A stretch of 64,000 nt of DNA from the human T2T-CHM13v2.0 reference genome, Homo sapiens: NCBI RefSeq assembly GCF_009914755.1, contig NC_060927.1, one strand, 5' to 3'. The notes beneath the pieces were generated by a model. That model was not told the origin of the DNA and searched no databases. It saw only the letters and a list, made by a program, of their open reading frames with translations. A program made the position numbers and the translations under genes. Shown here piece after piece: positions 37,901-53,240 of the stretch (position 1 is its first letter; every line of letters begins with the position of its first letter).

Positions 37901-39636
37901 TCCTGGGACAGCTAAATTATGCAACCGAGTAAGAGAGATGGTATGTCCAATAAAGGAAAGTATATGGATTCTGGACAGAAGAAGGAGGTATCTGTGGCTG
38001 TGATGGTCCTGAAGATGAAAAGATGGGGAAACAGAAAGTGATGGGCAAGTTAAAAACCCAGGAAGGGAGGTCTGGAGACAGCTGGACAAATAGGTTCTTT
38101 CTTGATGGGATGTTCTGTATCTTCCTGAGCATCATGATCAAATTTAAAGTGCTGAATAGGCAGATAGCAGTGGTGTTTGGTTAAAGGCAAAGTGATTTTT
38201 GGATTAGGGCATCTCAACTAGACTGAAAGAGGAGGGTTCCTATTTAGGGGCAAGATGAGAAGAACAATGGGCGAAGAGCCATAATTTCTCACTGTAATCC
38301 CCTGGTTCCAATGTAGATACCAGAGCATCTGAATTTAACCACTGCATTTAAATTTGATATCCATTGGAGAGCAAGAATGAAAGAAATGCATACTCATAGG
38401 TACAATGAGCTGGCTCATTTCCCTTCTTTTTCACTATTTCAGTCATGGCCTAGTCTCACCTGGAATTTCCATTTTGCATCAGTAGAATATTTATTCACAG
38501 TTTTTGATGTACTTTTTCCCCTAGGTTTTGAGTCTTGTATAAGATGGCAGATCTTCAAAGTCATTTGCAGACTACTTTTTTCATACCTTGGATATCTCTT
38601 TCTCATTTGAGAGAGAGAGTGATCTAAAATGTACTTAGAGTTTATCAGAAGAAGGCTCCATTTGCCCTTCCAACTTCCCTGCTCTTGGCTCCAACTTTCT
38701 TCTATTCCCAGCTAAGCAGAAAAAGAACAGATTTTTTTTTTTTTAAAAAAACACAGTAGCACAATGCTGCTGATCTGCATGAAAACCCGTGGCTTTCTTT
38801 TCCCAATCAGGAGAAAGTAATTTTCCTTTCACTCACCTGACTAACTTGTTCAGAGCATCTCCTCCTCACCCTTTTCTGATATCTTGCTGCTAAGTATTTG
38901 GCAATTCATTTGCATTTCAATGGTTCCTTAGCAACTATCATGCCCTCAGGATTAGGTACAAAGCTACTCTCTGACACAGACTGCCAGGGCTACATCGCCC
39001 TCTTTTATGGTGCCTGAGTTACCAAACCACGCCCTGCCTAGACATGAAGCACATTTACTAACAGCATCACGTGGATTCTGAATTATAATGCCATTACTCC
39101 CTGCCTTATCTGAGCATGCAGACTTCTGAGCAACCCTCGCACTGAAATGCCCCAGATAATCCAGTGGTTCCTGAAAGCTGCCCTCTGATATGTTTTCAGA
39201 AAGAGAGTCACAGATCTCAGCATTGGAAGAGAGTCCTGTCTTTGGACAGGCAGCGAATTAGGTCCATTTAATGGATGTGGCAGCTGAGGTTCACTAAGGA
39301 GGAATGACTACCACAAGATCAGGCAGGCAATTGGAACATGCCAAGGAGAGATGAGAGCTCAGGGCACTGCTGCTTCCTAGTCCTTGCTCACATACTGCAT
39401 CCTGCTAAGAGAGACCCATTTGTCAACTATTGTGAGCTTTCAACATAATGGAAGTTTTAACATAGGTATGTGACTCTGTTGATCTGAGGTCCTAGGAGAT
39501 AAATCTTCTCACCTAACCAGAGCACAAGAGTAACTGCCCAAGTGAGTATGCAAATATGTATATCACCTGGTTTCTCTGGTTTTTGGCAATTAACATTCTT
39601 TCCATTCACGGGCTTGAAGCGTGGGTAGCACAGGAG

Positions 39637-39638
<2 letters not shown>

Positions 39639-39674
<36 letters not shown>
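39639..39674. repeat. (GT)18 microsatellite
   Basis: direct reading. Confidence 0.97.
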
Positions 39675-39676
<2 letters not shown>

Positions 39677-40416
39677 TTATGCAGATGATGTAGACAGACA
39701 GTGACACTGGACCATTTAGCAAATTAGAATATTCTGCCCTGAGTAGGTGGTGCTGCTTCTTTAACAGCACCAGGCCTCCACCACCAGGGCTCACTGGCAT
39801 AGAACAGCCTGGCAAATGGAAGACGCTATTCAGGAAAGGACAATGAGAACAACGCTCATTCTACAGGAGGACTGACCTTTGCAACTCCCACTTCACGTTG
39901 TTATTAAATATCTGGGAAAAGACTGAGAGAACAATTATAGTATTGTCATAATGTATCAGCGTACAAAGCAAGTGTTTCCAAGGAGGCTCTGGTTCAGCTG
40001 AGCTTGTCAAAGCCGGGGACTCAGCTATAGCACTTACTAATTTAGAAGTTGTCTTCATTACTTACACCAGCTGAAAACTCCGAATGTTTTGGGTGCAGTT
40101 CTGCCATCGTGGACTCCAGATAGGAATGGAAAGATAAGATGTTGGGAGCAAAGGGTGGGAGTCTTTGGGTTTCTATGTGTCTCTCTGCTAGGCTTGAGTG
40201 TGCAGTCCTAGTTGCAGCCATCTCTCTCTATATATTTAGCCTAAGCCTAGCAGGGTACTGGTTCTCAGGGGTCCTCCTGAGTATTTGCTGAGTTGAGTTG
40301 GGTTAAAGACTTTCATAGGAGGGAGAGTGAGCGACTGCTTTTCCCCAGAAGGGGAGTCCCATAAAGGACTGTGAGGGCTCGTGTGGCCCCTCCCCCTTTC
40401 CCACATTCCCAGCTGA

Positions 40417-40926
<510 letters not shown>

Positions 40927-41504
40927 TAAGACTTTTTTTTTTTCCTGACCACCCCACACCCTGTGAATGTTAATAGCACAGATATTGTGGACATCTGTTC
41001 ATGTACTGAGGCCCTTTGGTGGGCCACAAACCGTTATAAGATCTAAGACTTTTTAGTCTTCCTCCTTGCCAGGAATCAGTTTTCACCTTTGCTGAGAATG
41101 CATGATCTAAACACAATAAACCTGGCAGCGACTTAGTGGGCCCTCAGCCGAGTTAGAGCTCAGCTTTGCACCATCTATCTTTTCCAAATCAGTTTTACCC
41201 AGTATGGCCCTAAACAGTCGGAAAGGATGTCCACCTTAGCTGGTCCAGGAGGCCCCCTATTGAGCAGGTATTAGCCCTGCTGTTGGATATCCTAGGGAGA
41301 TCCAGAAGGACCCAGATAAGGACGAGAGCACAGGAGTAACTCAGAAGCCTTGGGCAGGAGTGACTTGCCAGTAGGTGTGGAAGCATTTCAGGATTTTAAC
41401 AAGTACGGACGGCTATGCCAGTGCCTACTCGCTGAATGTCTGCCCTGACTTCAAGGGATGTGAAAATAGTTACTTGAGTTGGGGTCCATTTTTGGAAAAA
41501 AAAA

Positions 41505-42340
41505 TAGGCTTTCTTGAAGCATAATTTACATATAATAGGTTTTAGATGTACAATTCCGTGAGGTTTCACAAATGAGTGTGGTCATGTAGCCACCCTACAC
41601 ACCTGATGTAGATCGTTCTCATCACCCTCATGTCCCTTCACGGTCATGTGCCTCCCTTCACTGCTGACCCTTGGCAACCACTGATAAAATTTCTGGTTCT
41701 ATTGTTTTGCTTTTCTAAAAGCTCATAGAAATGGAATCATAGAGTATGTGCTCTTTATTTGTTTGACTTCTTTCACTTAGCATGAGTATTTGAGATTCAT
41801 CCATTTTGTGGCATGTGTTATACTTTCTTTTTATTGCTGAGTAGCATTCCATTGCATAGATATCTCACAATTGGTTTATCCATTTCACAGTTGGTGGACA
41901 TTTGCTTATAGTTTTTGGCTTTTATAATTAAAGCTACTGTGAATATTTGAGTACATGTCTTTATGTGAACACAAAATGAAAAATAGGTGTTCATTTTGTT
42001 TGGGGAAATACCTGGATAATATGGTAAGTGTAAGGTTAACTTGGTAAGATACTGCCAGTCTGTTTTCCAAAGTGGCTGAAGTGTCTTGCATTTCCTCCAG
42101 CAGTGTATGAGACCCCCAGTTGTTCCACATCCTCACCAGCAGTTGGTATTTTCAGTCTTTAAATTTTAACCACCCTGGTGGGTGTCTCATGGCATCTCAT
42201 TGTTTGTTTTCGTTTGCATTTCCCTGATGTGTCTTTCATGTGTTTATTAGCCACTCATATATATTCTCCGATGAAATGGATGTTTAGATATTTGTCCATT
42301 TTTTTTGTTGGGTTTTCTGTTTTGGGTCTGCTTTCAACAT
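41505..42340 (-). mobile_element. L1MB/L1ME 3' end
   Basis: ggcaaccactgat...aatggaatcatagagtatg...gagattcatccat...tttccaaagtggctg...ccacatcctcaccagca. Confidence 0.88.
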
Positions 42341-44434
42341 GGACGGTTGTCTGGAGGTGACAGAGTGACCCCACTCACACTATTTCCAGACAATTTGGGT
42401 TGCCCTGTTGTGCCGAGAAGACATAATTTGTACCTGTGCTGGGTGGGTCTCATTCCTGGAAGTGGGGAAGAGTGGGCCATGATCTTCTCAACATGGATGG
42501 TGGTTTATGATCAGGGAAGAAATATGCCCCCAAACAGGGGCCAGGACCTCAGAAAGTGGGCTTTTGTTAGGGGAGTGTGTGCGCCTCAGCAGGAAGCCAT
42601 AATTCACATGACCTGGGATTGTGCTACTCTGTGTTTATTTCCCATACATTCCCTCCAGTTCCAATCTCATCTCCATCACACTGCTCAGTAGAAAGGAAGG
42701 GCATTCTCCTGCCTCTACTTGGCATTGCAGGAGCAGCTGTACCTCCATGGTGGTGGCAGCAGAAATCAGCTAGAAATTCCCAAGGGTCCTGCTTCTCCAG
42801 GGACAGGTATCTTTTGGTTTGGGGCTTTCTTTTAGAGAAGAAAAGTATAATTTTTCTGCACAGATTGTCCTGTGAATGGTGGTCTGAAACCATGCAGAGG
42901 AAGCACCCCCTAGCCCAGCCCTGGACTCTCAGGACTGGGCCCATTTGATAGGACACTGTGAGTGTCCGAGGCTGTTCATCACCTTTTTCTCAGCTGCTCT
43001 GACTCCCAAGAGGTTTCCAGCTTTTCTGGTTCTTGTTGCATTCAAGCCATAGAGAATGCCTTTGGCTCATTTCTTAGCTTTCAATGACAGTCTCAGGATT
43101 CTACAGGCTTTCCAACACTGGGGATGATGTAGGCACTTCAGCCATGTTTGCTGTTATTTGCATGATGACAATCAGTGATCACAGTAATCATGGGGGAGGT
43201 GACACATGACAAGGATGCAAAGGCTGCAGTGGTACCATCAGGGCCCATCAGCTGGGCCCTGTGTCACTTCCCACAAGCACCTTTTATGCTCAAAAGCAAA
43301 GATGCAGCTGATGCTGACGCTGCATCACTTCTGGCTCTGAGAAAAGCAGGCACCCCCACTGTCTGAGACTCCCTGAGGGCCCCCAGAGTCTACCCCGGGG
43401 CCTGGCACAGAGTAGGCACTTAGTAAATGATGGATGGATGGACTGAACTCCTGTCACACTGCCCAGGATCACTCAGGGAGAGGCTGATGCGCATGCCACC
43501 GTGGCAAGAAAACCAGGGACTTGTGGCAAACAGAAGCAATGGAAGCATAGGAAACCTGAATGTCTGGTTGTGGAGATCAGACTGATATACCTGTTGCTGG
43601 ATGGAGATACCTGAAGATGGTTCAGGCAAGGAATCTGTCATTGAAGAGACTTTTTGCTAGGGTATACTTATGGATAAGCTGGGCCTTGAACATGTAGAGG
43701 GGAGAGTGATGAGGATGCATATCATGAGTGAGAAGTAGCAGAAGCAGAAGCAAGGAGAAGGGAAAGAAAAGGTACCTGAAATAGCAATTACATTCAAGTA
43801 AGTGCTCCGTGATATAGCCAGGGGCTCGGTGATGTAGGAGGTCAGGGGACAGTTAGTTTAGAGTGGGCTATGGTAACCAGGATGGCTTCCTGGAGGAGGA
43901 GGTACCTATTGAAGGTATAGTGGATTGATGCTGATAGAAAAGGCAGGGCATAGGAATTCTCTTCTCAACAGGCTTCCCTGTCCTGGGCCAGAATCATCCG
44001 AAATGGGGAACCTGCAGAAAAGCCTTCTTCAGTGACTTGTGCCTCTCTGTCTTGGACTTCCTGGCTCTAGAAAGCCCAGGAGGAGTTCCTGTGAGGGAAG
44101 GCTCTGCATCTTGTTGCGTCCCAAGTCCCAGGGTCCAGTTGCCATTGCAGACGAAGCTTCATTCAGAGGAAAGCAAGTGCATCTTGTGGTGGTCTGGACC
44201 AGCTCTTCACAGACGGTCTTCTTTGGTGTCACCACTCGGTGTGTGGCCTTTGGGCCAGGGCTTGGGTTCCCATGGGAGTTTGTTAGAAATGCAGACCCTC
44301 AGACCTCACCTCAAAACAACTAAATTCAGTTGTGCCTGGATCGAGAGTCCCAGTCTCTAAACTTCTGCATCAGGGAAGCAGCCTCTTTAAATAAATTAAC
44401 AAGCTTATTTTGAGCAATTTTTAAAAAGAGCTAT

Positions 44435-44980
44435 CCTAGATTAAAGAATACTTAAGATTCATGACAAGTTAATGTAACAAACCCTATACTAAGAAATTGC
44501 TTTAAAGGATATGATTTGGACAACAAACAAAATTGGAATATAGCCTTCCAAAATTCAGGGAGTGGGTCTCCTTAGATGAAAGTATTATAACAAAATGTTA
44601 ATATTTCCAAATTTATAACTGCATTGTGGTCAAATAAGAGAATATTCTTGTTCTTAGGAAACAAATATTGAGGAATTAAGGAGTAAATGGCCATGATGTA
44701 TGCTACCTGCTCTCAGGTGGCTCAAGGAGGAAAATAAACAGATGAATGTGTGTATATAATATAATAAATGTGTATATAATAAAATATATATGTAATATCA
44801 TATTATGATATATCCTATTGTACCATAAAATATATGTGGTGAGGAAAGAGAAGATGAAAAAGCAAATGTGGCAAAATGTTAAAAATTGGTGAATCAGGGT
44901 AAAAGGAATATGGGGGTTTCTGGTTCCATTCATGCAACTTTCTTGTGTGATTGCTATTTCTTTAAAATAAAAAGTTTAAG
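44435..44980 (+). mobile_element. L1MC-type 3' end
   Basis: cttgttcttaggaaa...gcaaatgtggcaaaatgttaa...ggtgaatc...gcaactttct...aaaataaaaagtt. Confidence 0.7.
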
Positions 44981-45448
44981 AAAACAGTGCGCCTTGTTTC
45001 AAAGTTTGATGGATGTTGCAAGTTGCCCTCTAAAAAGGCTGAACCAATTTATATTCCCACAATGCTGTGGAGGGTTGGTGCAGCTGTTTAATGTAGCTAT
45101 TTTTATTCAGCTATTTTGATGCCAGGGACTTTCTTTGATGGGGTCATATATCAGTTTTGACCTGGGGACATTTTGTTGTTTTCCAAATTTATTATGAATA
45201 TTTCCAAAAGTATAGAAAAGTCAAAAGTATGCTGAAGTGAACACCCATGCCACAGCCCCTGCCCCTAGTTTCAACAGTTGTTGTTATTGTGCCATATTTA
45301 TTTATCAGCACACATTTGTTTTTTGGGGGGCATGGAAATTGGGATGCAGAAAGATTAAGTAACCACCAAAGGTAAATGCTGGGGCCACACGCCGTGTCCT
45401 CTGCACGTTGTCCTTCTGCCTCTGAGGTACTTCTGAATGGCTTCCTGA

Positions 45449-45801
<353 letters not shown>

Positions 45802-45824
45802 GATTTTTTTCCTGAAGCAGTTGA

Positions 45825-46005
45825 GTGTTGGATTCAGACAGGTCTGGATTTGAATTCCACCTCTGACACTGAACAAACTACATAACCTCCCAGTTATGGC
45901 CTCTGTGTGTTCGTCCCGTAAGTGGGGATGGTGGTACTCACCTCACATGATCGTTGTGAGATAGATGAGATAAGGTGTTTAAAGCCCGTGGTAGTTATTA
46001 GTATT
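45825..46005 (+). mobile_element. MIR
   Basis: tcagacaggtctggatttgaattcc...gtaagtggggatg...gttgtgaga...atgagataa. Confidence 0.7.
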
Positions 46006-46954
46006 GTCATTTCTTCTGTATCTCTCTTTTCATTTGAAACAGATTCCCAGGCACCCTCCTCTGGGAAAATTGATCCCTAAATCATTCTTCTGCTTGCCAA
46101 TACCTTGTCTGGCCCATCTATTGCTGGTGTGTAGTCCTTGCCTACTCCCATAGACTTGGAGGGCCAATGTTCTAAGCAGCTTAGAAAAGCTGATATTCAG
46201 GCACGTGTGCTGGGGCGATGTTCAGTAACCTGACATGACGTATCATGGCCAAGAGTCGCAGGCGTCTCAGTGGTTAGGCAGCAGGGCTTCCTGGGGCACT
46301 CACCCTCAGTGTGAGCAGGTCTGGACGAATTCCTAGCAGACCCAGCAGAGCAAGGAAAGGGCCTGTGGACCACTGCTGCCTTCTCTGCCGTCTCCAGGAC
46401 TTCCTCCCATCTCACCAGGATTCCAGTTTGTGGGAAAAGGGAGGAACAGGGACTAGGGTAAGAAGAAGGAGGCAGCCACTTGGAGCAAAGTTTAAGGGGG
46501 CACTAAAGATTAATCAAGGTAAGTAATATATGAATGTAGTTTTTTTTTTAAATCAAATTCTGTAAACCATGGACTATGGGCTGCCTGTTTTTGTAAATAA
46601 AAATAAAGTTTGAAGGCCCCAGTCAGCCCATTCCCCTCTCTGTGGCCCCAGGAATTGGGGGGCACTGGACAGTGTACTCACTGACATTTTCTCTCCTCTG
46701 TAGAACAATGTCAGTATTGCCTGCAATTCTAGTCGTCACAGCTCCTTCACCGTTTAGAGGGCCGGGTGCCATGGCTCACCCAGCACCTGGTTCTCAGGCT
46801 TCTGGCCAGCGTGGCAGAGCTGAGGCCATGTGGAGGGCTGGAAGTGGGTGGCACACTTCCCTGTCCTGGCAGAGGAGTGCACATGGAGCTCTGTAGTTTC
46901 TGTCCCCACCGTGGCCTTAGACCTGAAGGTATGAATCCATGCAAGAGGCTGCTA

Positions 46955-47170
46955 TTGGGAGTCAGAGAACTGGCTCACATTTACCAGCTGCGTGACCTTG
47001 GAAAGCCACCTAGTCTCTCTGAAGTTTCATTCTCAGTTTCATTACCTGTCCATTGGGGATGATGTGGTCCAACCTCTTTCTCTTTGAGCTCTTCAGTAAG
47101 AGGTTGTTGAGTAGGAATCAGAGCCCATGTATGGGAAATGCTTTGTAAACTGGGATGTGCTCTGGAAACA
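46955..47170 (+). mobile_element. MIR
   Basis: ttaccagctgcgtgaccttggaaagcc...ctctctgaag...gggaaatgctttgtaaact. Confidence 0.7.
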
Positions 47171-47775
47171 CAAGCTGTTCTTATAATGGTGGTTACGATT
47201 GATTCTGGTGGACAGCTCCTGGCCCAAGCCTGGTGGAATGGTCATCCATAGAGGGAAATGAGATCCAATATCCCAAGCCCCTGCCCAGAGGGGGAAAGCG
47301 CAATGACTGGCGGTCGGGAGAACTGTCTGCCACATGCAGCCAGGTTCACAGACACCTCTTGAGGTCCTGTGCCTATGTTCCTACCCACTCTTCAAACAGG
47401 TGGCTTCTTAATGCTTTTCCCCGCCCCACTCCTGGCTCAGCTTGTGGAGTTCTCCATTCCACTGACTTTCCTAAGAGCCATGTGGAGAGGAAAGATGTGA
47501 AGAGGGAAGGCATGTCCAGGTACTGGGATAGGCCCCTCAGGTGACCATCTCACACTCCTAGGTGATTGTAAGGCAATGACTGGGGAATTCACTTTCTCTA
47601 CCCTACTTTCATTTAACCCTTCATTCAACAAGAAGAGAAACCTACAGCCAGCTCTTGGATAATGAGGTTGAAAGTCCTTGGAACCCTGTTTAAGAGGCTG
47701 ACAGGCAGGCAGCCTCCTTGGCTTAGGATGTATGACCTTATGGTATGTCCATGCTGCTGGGGACAGTCATAGTGT

Positions 47776-48290
47776 TTCTTTTTAAAATTTTATTTGTCCA
47801 TAAGTAATTGGGGTACAGGTAGTATTTGGTTACATGGGTAAGTTCTTCAGTGGTGATTTGTGAGATTTTGGTGCACCCATCACCCAAGCAGTATACACTG
47901 CACCATATTTGTAGTCTTTTATCCCTTGCCCCCCTTCAACTCTTCCCTCTCTTACCCCAAAGTCCCCAAAATCCATTGTATCCTTGTTATGCCTTTGCAT
48001 CCTCATAGCTTAGCTCCCACATATCAGTTTCCATTCCTGAGTTACTTCACTTAGAATAATAGTCTCCAGTCTCATCCAGATCACTGCAAATGCCGTTAAT
48101 TCATTCCTTTTTATGGCTGAGTAGTATTTCATATTCTATCCTATATACTATATATCTATCACAGTTTCTTTATCCACTCCTTAATTGGTGGACGTTTGGG
48201 TTGGTTCCACGATTTTGGAATTCTGAATTGTGCTGCTATAAACATGCACGTGCAAGTGTTTCTTTCAAATAATGACTTTTCTCTCTGGGT
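47776..48290 (-). mobile_element. L1PB (L1PB1-like) 3' end
   Basis: ttggggtacaggtagtatttggttacatg...tgagattttggtgcacccatcacccaagcagtatacactg...gagttacttcacttagaataat. Confidence 0.92.
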
Positions 48291-50250
48291 CTCTTGAGAG
48301 CCCTCCAAGCATCTGGCCCCTCCCCTTTCAGGACTGTGTTTCGAGGTGAGCAGAGAAGATGAACAGAGGCTGAGGGCAGCCTGGCTGGAAACAGGAGGTG
48401 GAGGCAGGAGGTGGGAGCTGATTCAATCTTCAGACTATAATGCAAAGGTTAGTAGCCAGTTTATGAGTGAAGGGGGCCGTTTAGGCAGGATAGAAAGGGG
48501 TCTAAACATGAGTTATAAGACAAGATAATGTTTTGGCAGGTGGGATTTTTGCTGTATGCAGAGGTGAACTTCTGAGCATAGAGAAATGGACGTTAGGTAG
48601 GCATAAACACACCTCTGTCTAATCACTATCACTTCCATAATCAGTCGGAGCTTCTGTTTGATGTGTGTCCTCCCTCTCCCTATGCCTTAGGGGATGGCAG
48701 CCTCCCATTTGTGCATAGGTGTCTTTCACGGGGCCAGCAGGCAGTATGGGTTCCCTGCTAGTGAATTCCCATTTCCTACGAGGGAGGCAGAAGGGTGCCC
48801 ATGTGGTGATCTCCCAGACCAGGTTCTCATCTCCACTTGACCAGTCTGTAGGTGTAAGCCTTGGAAGTAGCTCCTCTATAAAATGGGAATGAATCATATC
48901 CCATTATAGGGGCTTTGGAATGAGTAAATGAGATAACATAGATGGATTGCCTGGTACAGACAAGGCTTGGTATGTAGCAGACACTCAATAAATGTTTCCT
49001 CCCTTCTCTGTGCCTCTTCTCTCCCTTCTCAATGCAGCAGTGTGGGGTTCTGCTTGGAGCAGCTGAGTCCCTACCCTGCACATCCCTGTGCCTCCCCAGG
49101 CTGCTCAGACACTGCCCTTGCAGCTTCTTTTTGTGGGAAAGGTAGTTGCCCTTGGATCTTGTGTTCCCACAGCCAAAGCTTCTCTCACTTTTGTCTGCCT
49201 GGGAGGCCTCTGTTGCCTTCTTTTCTAGCCCGGTCTTGCCTACAGATGCCCCATCCCATACTTCTTGCTCTTCTGCCTTGCTTGGGTGGGCCCAGCGCAG
49301 GGGACACATGGACACCTGTCATGCCAATTTCTGATTTAATCAGTGTCAGCTAATTGCTGTAATACCTGATTCCAAATTTTTTAGCCCACAAGATAAAAGT
49401 TTATTTCTCACTCATATCACAGTCTGGTGAGGCCCGTGGTGGGGTTCTGTCCCCTTCCCCTCCCCTCACCCACCCCTCCTGTCATTCAGGGACCCATACT
49501 AGTAGACCCTGTTGATAAATGCTGACAGAGGAAAAGGCAAATTTACTCTTACCTTCCTACCTATCTCAGCCTGGGAGAGAAACATCACTCCCTCTTTCTT
49601 CCACTCCATTGGCAAAGACTACTCTCATGGTCCCATCTGGACCAAGCTGAGAAATGGAGGGAGCCTCCATGTCTGGGAAAAGCAGGTTTAGGGAGCACTT
49701 AGCAGTATCCCTGCAGGAAAACCACAACCTCTCCATAGTCTAGGCATGGAGACAAATGCTTCTCTGCCCCTAAGGGAGGCCTCTCTACCAGAGGGCTCAG
49801 AAAATTCCTTCCTCCCTCCTTTCTTCCCTCCCTTCCTTCCAGTGTTTACAGAATGCCCCCTTGGACCAGAAACTGGCTGCCTTTATGAAGAGAAGAATCG
49901 GGGGGAAGAGATGCTTAAAGGTAACTTTTTAGCCTCCAGAGGCTGGGCCCTCTAATCACAGGCACAAAACTATTAATATTATTCCATGCAGAGACAAGCA
50001 GCCAGAATAATTAGAGCTCAAGCAATTCTTTCACAGCAAGTTCTTGATGTTTTATTTTATTTTATTTTGTATTTATCTGTGTTTGCCTGGGTTACCTACA
50101 GTGCACACTCCCACCACTCGGCCCCAGGCTGCTTTCTCTTTTCTTGGAACTCTCCATGCTTCCTCCTGCCCCGGAACGTTTGCACCTGCTGTTCCCAATG
50201 CTGGTCAAAAGAAACAAAAACCAGATACGCTTTAAAAGGGAGAAAGGGTT

Positions 50251-50778
50251 TGTATTAGTCAGAGTTTTCCAGAGAAACAGAACCAATAGGATATTTATTT
50301 ATTTATTTAAGATTTATTATAAAGAATTGGCTCACATAATTTTGAAGGCAGGCAAGTCTCAGGATCTACAGGGTGAATTGGCAAGCTGGAGACCCAGGAG
50401 AGCTGATGGGTAGTTCCAGTCCACATCAGAGGGCCTGAGAATCATGAGTGCTAATGGTGTAGTTCTGTCTGAATGAAGGCAGGCTAAAGACCCAGGAAGA
50501 GCCAATGTTTCAGTTTGAATCCAAAGGTAGGAAAAAAGCTGATGTCCCAGCCCAAAGGCATATTCTGGGGAAGGTCAGCCTTTTTGTTCTATTCAAGCCT
50601 TCAACTGATTGGATGTGGCCCACCCACATTAAGGGGAAACAATTGGCTTTGCTCAGTCCATTCATTGAAATGTTAGTCTCATCCAAAAACACCCTCATGG
50701 AAGCACACAGGGTAATGTTTGGCAGTTACTTGAGCGACCATGTTCCAGTCATGTTGACACATAAAGTTAACCATCACA
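50251..50778 (-). mobile_element. MLT2 (HERV-L) solo LTR
   Basis: tgtattagtcagagttttccagagaaacagaaccaatagga...aattggctcac...gttgacacataaagttaaccatcaca; TSD gggtt/ggatt. Confidence 0.92.
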
Positions 50779-53226
50779 GGATTTTTAAAGTTAAGGAAAA
50801 AATATTAGAATTAAGAATCTGTAAAAATAAAAATGATAGTAAAATGGTAAAAAAAAAAAATACCCAGGCAATTAATTGTTTAAAGGAATTAGCCAGTAAA
50901 GTGAAAAAGTTAGGGTAAAGATAAAAGGTGGATGGGGTGGGGAGACAGAATTAGTGGTGAAAAAAGGATAAACCCATATGGACAAGGTAAAACATGAAAT
51001 CCAGAAAGCTAAAATACTCAAAGGCTGATTGTGTAATAAAGAAGAAAAATGCAGAAGAAAACACTCCCAAACCATAGGCGATGAAGGGCAGAAGCCTGGC
51101 TCTGATGTTCAAGGAGGACTCCTATGTCTTTCTCTGCTGATTCTTGGGTGTGAAAAGATCTAATACAAACAGAAACGTGTTTGGGAATGGTGACACTGGG
51201 AGGCTGGGGGAGCCTGTGCTGTTGTGATGCCTTTGGGATACAGCCCTTCTCAATCTCCCTTTTTTCCAACCTGGGTTTGGTCTAGTTGTGGGGGAAAAGA
51301 GATCGGGGAGGTCAGAGCTTGAGGTCACACACCAAGTGGGTTAACAGCAGAGTGGCCCTTCCTGGACAGTTTCATCCAGGAGAACTTTGGTTAAACGCAA
51401 AGTGAAAGACAATGTTGAAAAGGAGGAGGAGGAAGGGAGCTCCCCATAAGTCCTTGTGCTGCCTGAGATGAGTATAGGAGGTAGGAGATATCTCTGCTTC
51501 ATATCTAATGCTGGGGATGTGTTCCAGCTGTAATGGAGTGCCATAGCTGGCAAAGACGTCCCCTTCCCTCTGCTTGACCACTGCCTGGGACCAAGCTTTA
51601 GGCCCTGTGGCTCCTGGGGTCCTATCTGCCATGCTGCTACACTGGCTGTGCCCTGTGTTGCTGTGTCTGAGCGGTGACTCAGCACAGTAGCTGCTGTCCA
51701 GGCATGGTCAAACTCCACACACCACTCCCCAGCCTAGGCTTCCTGGGCCCCTGGCCTCTCTCAACTCCCGTGATCAACCACCCTTCACTCAGATTTGGCC
51801 ATGAGTGAGCAGAGCTGGTGTAGGCTGATGTGGTATGCCGGGTGATGGGGGCACTAACCAACATATATTTATTTATTTTTCATTCCCATTGCAAAAAGGA
51901 ATCACTTCCTAAAGTCAGGAAGTTGCCTAAACATTTTTGAGGAATGCCCACAATTCTTATTTAACATATTGCTTAAAGTTGTAGAATATAGTTCTGTTCT
52001 ATTGGTGAGCAAAGACCACTCCAAGCCCTCCCTGGAGAGGCTTTCTCTATGCACCATCCTGCACCAAAGTGCTTTCTGTTTGTCTTTTGCCTCATTTTGC
52101 AAAGATGACAGATCTAAGTTACATTAGAGACCCTTCTATTTTAAAATAGCATTCTTTTGCAGTTAAATTTAAATTTTTTTCTGGTCACCTTGGAAGAGAT
52201 TTGTGTCTTTCTCAGAAATGCTGAGATTGTTTGTGGGAGTTGGGGTAGCAGATTGTAGCTTTGGCTTGGCATAAACGAACCCAGGCAGTTCACACAGGGA
52301 TCAGGTGTGGGTGACTGGCAAGGCCTGCAACCTTGCCTCAGATCTGGTGAAAAGGGAAGCGGAAGTGATTTTCCTATCTGTCAAATGGAAATGATAATGC
52401 TTAGCCTTTGGAGTTGTTGCGAGGGGTACATGACTCCTCAGGACCACAGGACTACAGGACCACCCAGCCTACTCATTCCCTGCACATTCCAAGAGCCCAG
52501 ACCCTGGTTTAAAAGCTCCACTGGCTTTGCCTTGGGCCTGAGGCCTCTCAGATAATTGCTTTTGCTTAAAAGCCATTAAGTCACTCAGAAGAAGGTGTGA
52601 ACTTGAGTAACGACTCAACTGCCTCCTTGATGGAGAAAGTCAGTTCAGAGAGAAGCCCTTTCTAGGTAGAACTAGCTTAGCTGGCAGATCGCAGGAGCAG
52701 TGGACAGTGAAGACAGAAGGACAGGAGAAAGAGGGAGGTGACAATGAGGGGAGCAAAGTCCATGTCATCGTGGTCCCCTCAGTTGCTCTCATCCCCATAC
52801 CCTAATGTCTGCCAGGGGTTGTGCTGAAAAAGCTCACACAAACTCTTAAAGTTTAAGGTCTGGGGGTCTTGGGGAAGGAAGGCCTGCCTGGTGAGCACCT
52901 GCCTTCCCTCAGGCTCCGTAACAGGAAACTCTCATGTACCGCTTGCAACAACTCCAAAGGCTACGCACTATCATTTCCATTTTACAGATAGGAAAACCAA
53001 GGCCCAGCTTGGCAGGGTAACACCAGAGTCTCTTCTAGGTCCAGCCAGGTTTCTTTCTACTCTTCCCATGAGGCAATTAGCCATGCAGATCTCAGTAAAT
53101 ATTCAGGAAGCTGGTAAGTTTTCCACTCTCCTTCAAACACGGGAAGATCCATGCTGATGTTCACTCAGGAAATTGTCAATACAAAGAAATTTTATTGCCT
53201 AAAGTTAGAAGTCTATGATAGCATCA

Positions 53227-53240
53227 GTTTCCATGGCAAC
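53227..53240. promoter_or_regulatory. Consensus RFX X-box GTTTCCATGGCAAC
   Basis: 14-bp match to the palindromic RFX motif in non-repeat intronic DNA; function untested. Confidence 0.45.
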
